From: Selaginella moellendorffii
Lineage: Eukaryota > Plantae > Lycopodiophyta
DNA: 64,000 bases
Reading direction: 5' to 3'
Assembly: GCF_000143415.4 (NCBI RefSeq)
Contig: NW_003314267.1
Span: 420,908 to 484,907, forward strand
The notes beneath the pieces were generated by a model. It was given only the letters and a program-made list of their open reading frames with translations. It searched no databases and was not told the origin of the DNA. Below are positions 62,470 to 64,000 of the stretch, in pieces; positions within the stretch are counted from its first letter, which is position 1, and each line of letters begins with the position of its first letter. Made by a program: the position numbers and the translations under genes.

Positions 62470-64000
62470 AAACTGCCTGTAAGTCGTGGTTTCTGCTTGC
62501 AGTCCTGGTGGTGAGGTTTTTCAGTCTTTCAGGACGTAGGCTGTAGGTTCCTTCTAACAATTTGTGTGCTGCTGCTAGCTTAATGCTGTATGTATTTATA
62601 TGCGAGTTAGGCAGAGAGACTTGCACCTGGGTGTGGGGGGCATTGGTGCATTGTTTTAACCATGATCTTTATCTACTTTTTTTTTTTTTTTTGACAGAAG
62701 ATGGAAGCCTCATGAAAACTTATAGTTCGAAAAAGGCCGCGCATAAGGCTTCAGGTGTATAAAAGAGTATCCGGGAAAAAGAGGTCTTTGGCTCGTGCCT
62801 CGTGAGCTCATATCCCTTTTTGATGCACATAGTTCTCCTTGGGCTAATGTCACTGGTTTTTTTTTTTTTTTTTTCTCCTTCTATCTCCTCTTTCTGCCTT
62901 GTGGCTTTTTAAGTTTGACTTCCAGAGCTCGGGCCTTTTGAAGTGGATCGTCCTCGACTCGCCACGATTCACTGGAGGTAAGTGGAGGACGAAAGTTTTC
63001 GTTAGTCTATTTAAGCTGTTGAAATTAATCGTCGGTGTGGTTTCGCTTTTATCAGGATAAAGAATGCTTCGAAAGGACTGTTCTTCGAGAACCTCTAGCT
63101 TACCTTCTTCTCTCGGCTTGAGCGCTATTCACTTTTGTTTTCGGGGTAACTAATGCCTCTTGTTAGCGGCACAATTGTTCTGCCTGAGGTGAATTGAGTG
63201 TTTCCAGGTCTATAGATGCATCATCAAGATCATCAAGTCACGCTTGGTTGAGCATATAATGAAGATAGTGTTGTTTGTGCCAAGTCCTATATCATATTTT
63301 TCTTACAAATCATGGCACTTTCCTATTCAAATACATCTCCGGTATAAATTTCTAAGGTTTTTCAGCACCACTATAGGAGCATCGTCCAGAAGCGGCCGAT
63401 TGGTCATTGTCAAATTTTCAAATAGAGCATATTCTGTCTCAAGTGGATGATTGAAAGGTTACATGTAAGCAAGGCATATTCGTTGCGGCACACGGGTAGC
63501 GTACACGTGGCGGGGATTCTGACACGTCACGGAGAAATCGTCTGGCGCCAGCAATTACACCCGGCCGCCCAAATGCCCGCCCAAAAACCCACGTATTGCG
63601 TGTACTGCCCCTCTGAGAGCGTTTTAGTCGCATTCATCTTAGCAGTGGCCAGGTTTTGTTTTGCACTCTCCACTAGGGAAGAACTCTACTAGGGCGAGGG
63701 TAGGTCTTCTCTTTCTCTCTCCCCTTTTCTCTTTGAGCTAGGGTTTGAGAGAGAGAGAGAGAGAATGGAGAGCGAGAGATCGATCGATGGCGCGGGCCCG
63801 CGCCGCCGCTAGCACGTAGCGCCAAGCCGGTGAGATTCTCCTTGTGGCATCGAAATTTTGATTCAGTCGATTCCTGGTTCGCGGTTGCGGTAATCTTGGA
63901 AAGGAGCTAGGGATCTGCCGCCGCGTCCCGTAGCGCATCTGAAATAATCACTCCCTGGAATGGGGGGTTTTCTAGGTGGGCGGAGGCAGTGTACTTTGGT

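Noticed and set aside
62700-63700. Possible ncRNA or small gene after HAM
   Set aside because: No snRNA, snoRNA or protein motif recognised.

Overview
Eukaryotic plant nuclear DNA, most likely from a compact lycophyte genome (Selaginella-like). This is inferred from 45-75 nt introns, very short intergenic spacers, PPR genes rich in SS motifs and the retrotransposon type. GC-rich gene blocks (about 9.4-24 kb and 34-64 kb) alternate with AT-rich transposon graveyards (about 0.3-8 kb and 24-33.8 kb). Genes in order: two germin-like proteins, pectate lyase, U11/U12-48K, RLP44-like receptor, two divergent PLS-PPR genes, a trypsin-fold-like ORF, a PPR pseudogene, EXORDIUM-like, a BNR/sialidase-fold protein, a DMI1/CASTOR/POLLUX channel, tRNA-iMet, mitochondrial ATP synthase epsilon, a vicilin-like cupin, CSLD, LESV, CNOT10, a CRM-domain protein, calmodulin-like, a third PPR, pICln and a MYST acetyltransferase. 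Mobile and decayed DNA: one full-length decayed Ty3/Gypsy chromovirus with a CTTAT target-site duplication, a hAT transposase relic and an amaranthin/aerolysin-like pseudogene. Best leads: (1) a tandem U12-type 5' splice-site repeat (USSE-like) 8 nt after the U11-48K stop codon, together with a clear U12 intron in pICln, pointing to minor-spliceosome feedback control; (2) a retrotransposon primer-binding site complementary to its own predicted transcript start (Tf1-type self-priming); (3) an inverted, collapsed copy of the BNR gene that shares promoter DNA with DMI1; (4) two PPR genes whose ATGs are 6 bp apart. All calls come from reading the sequence by eye; no database searches were run.
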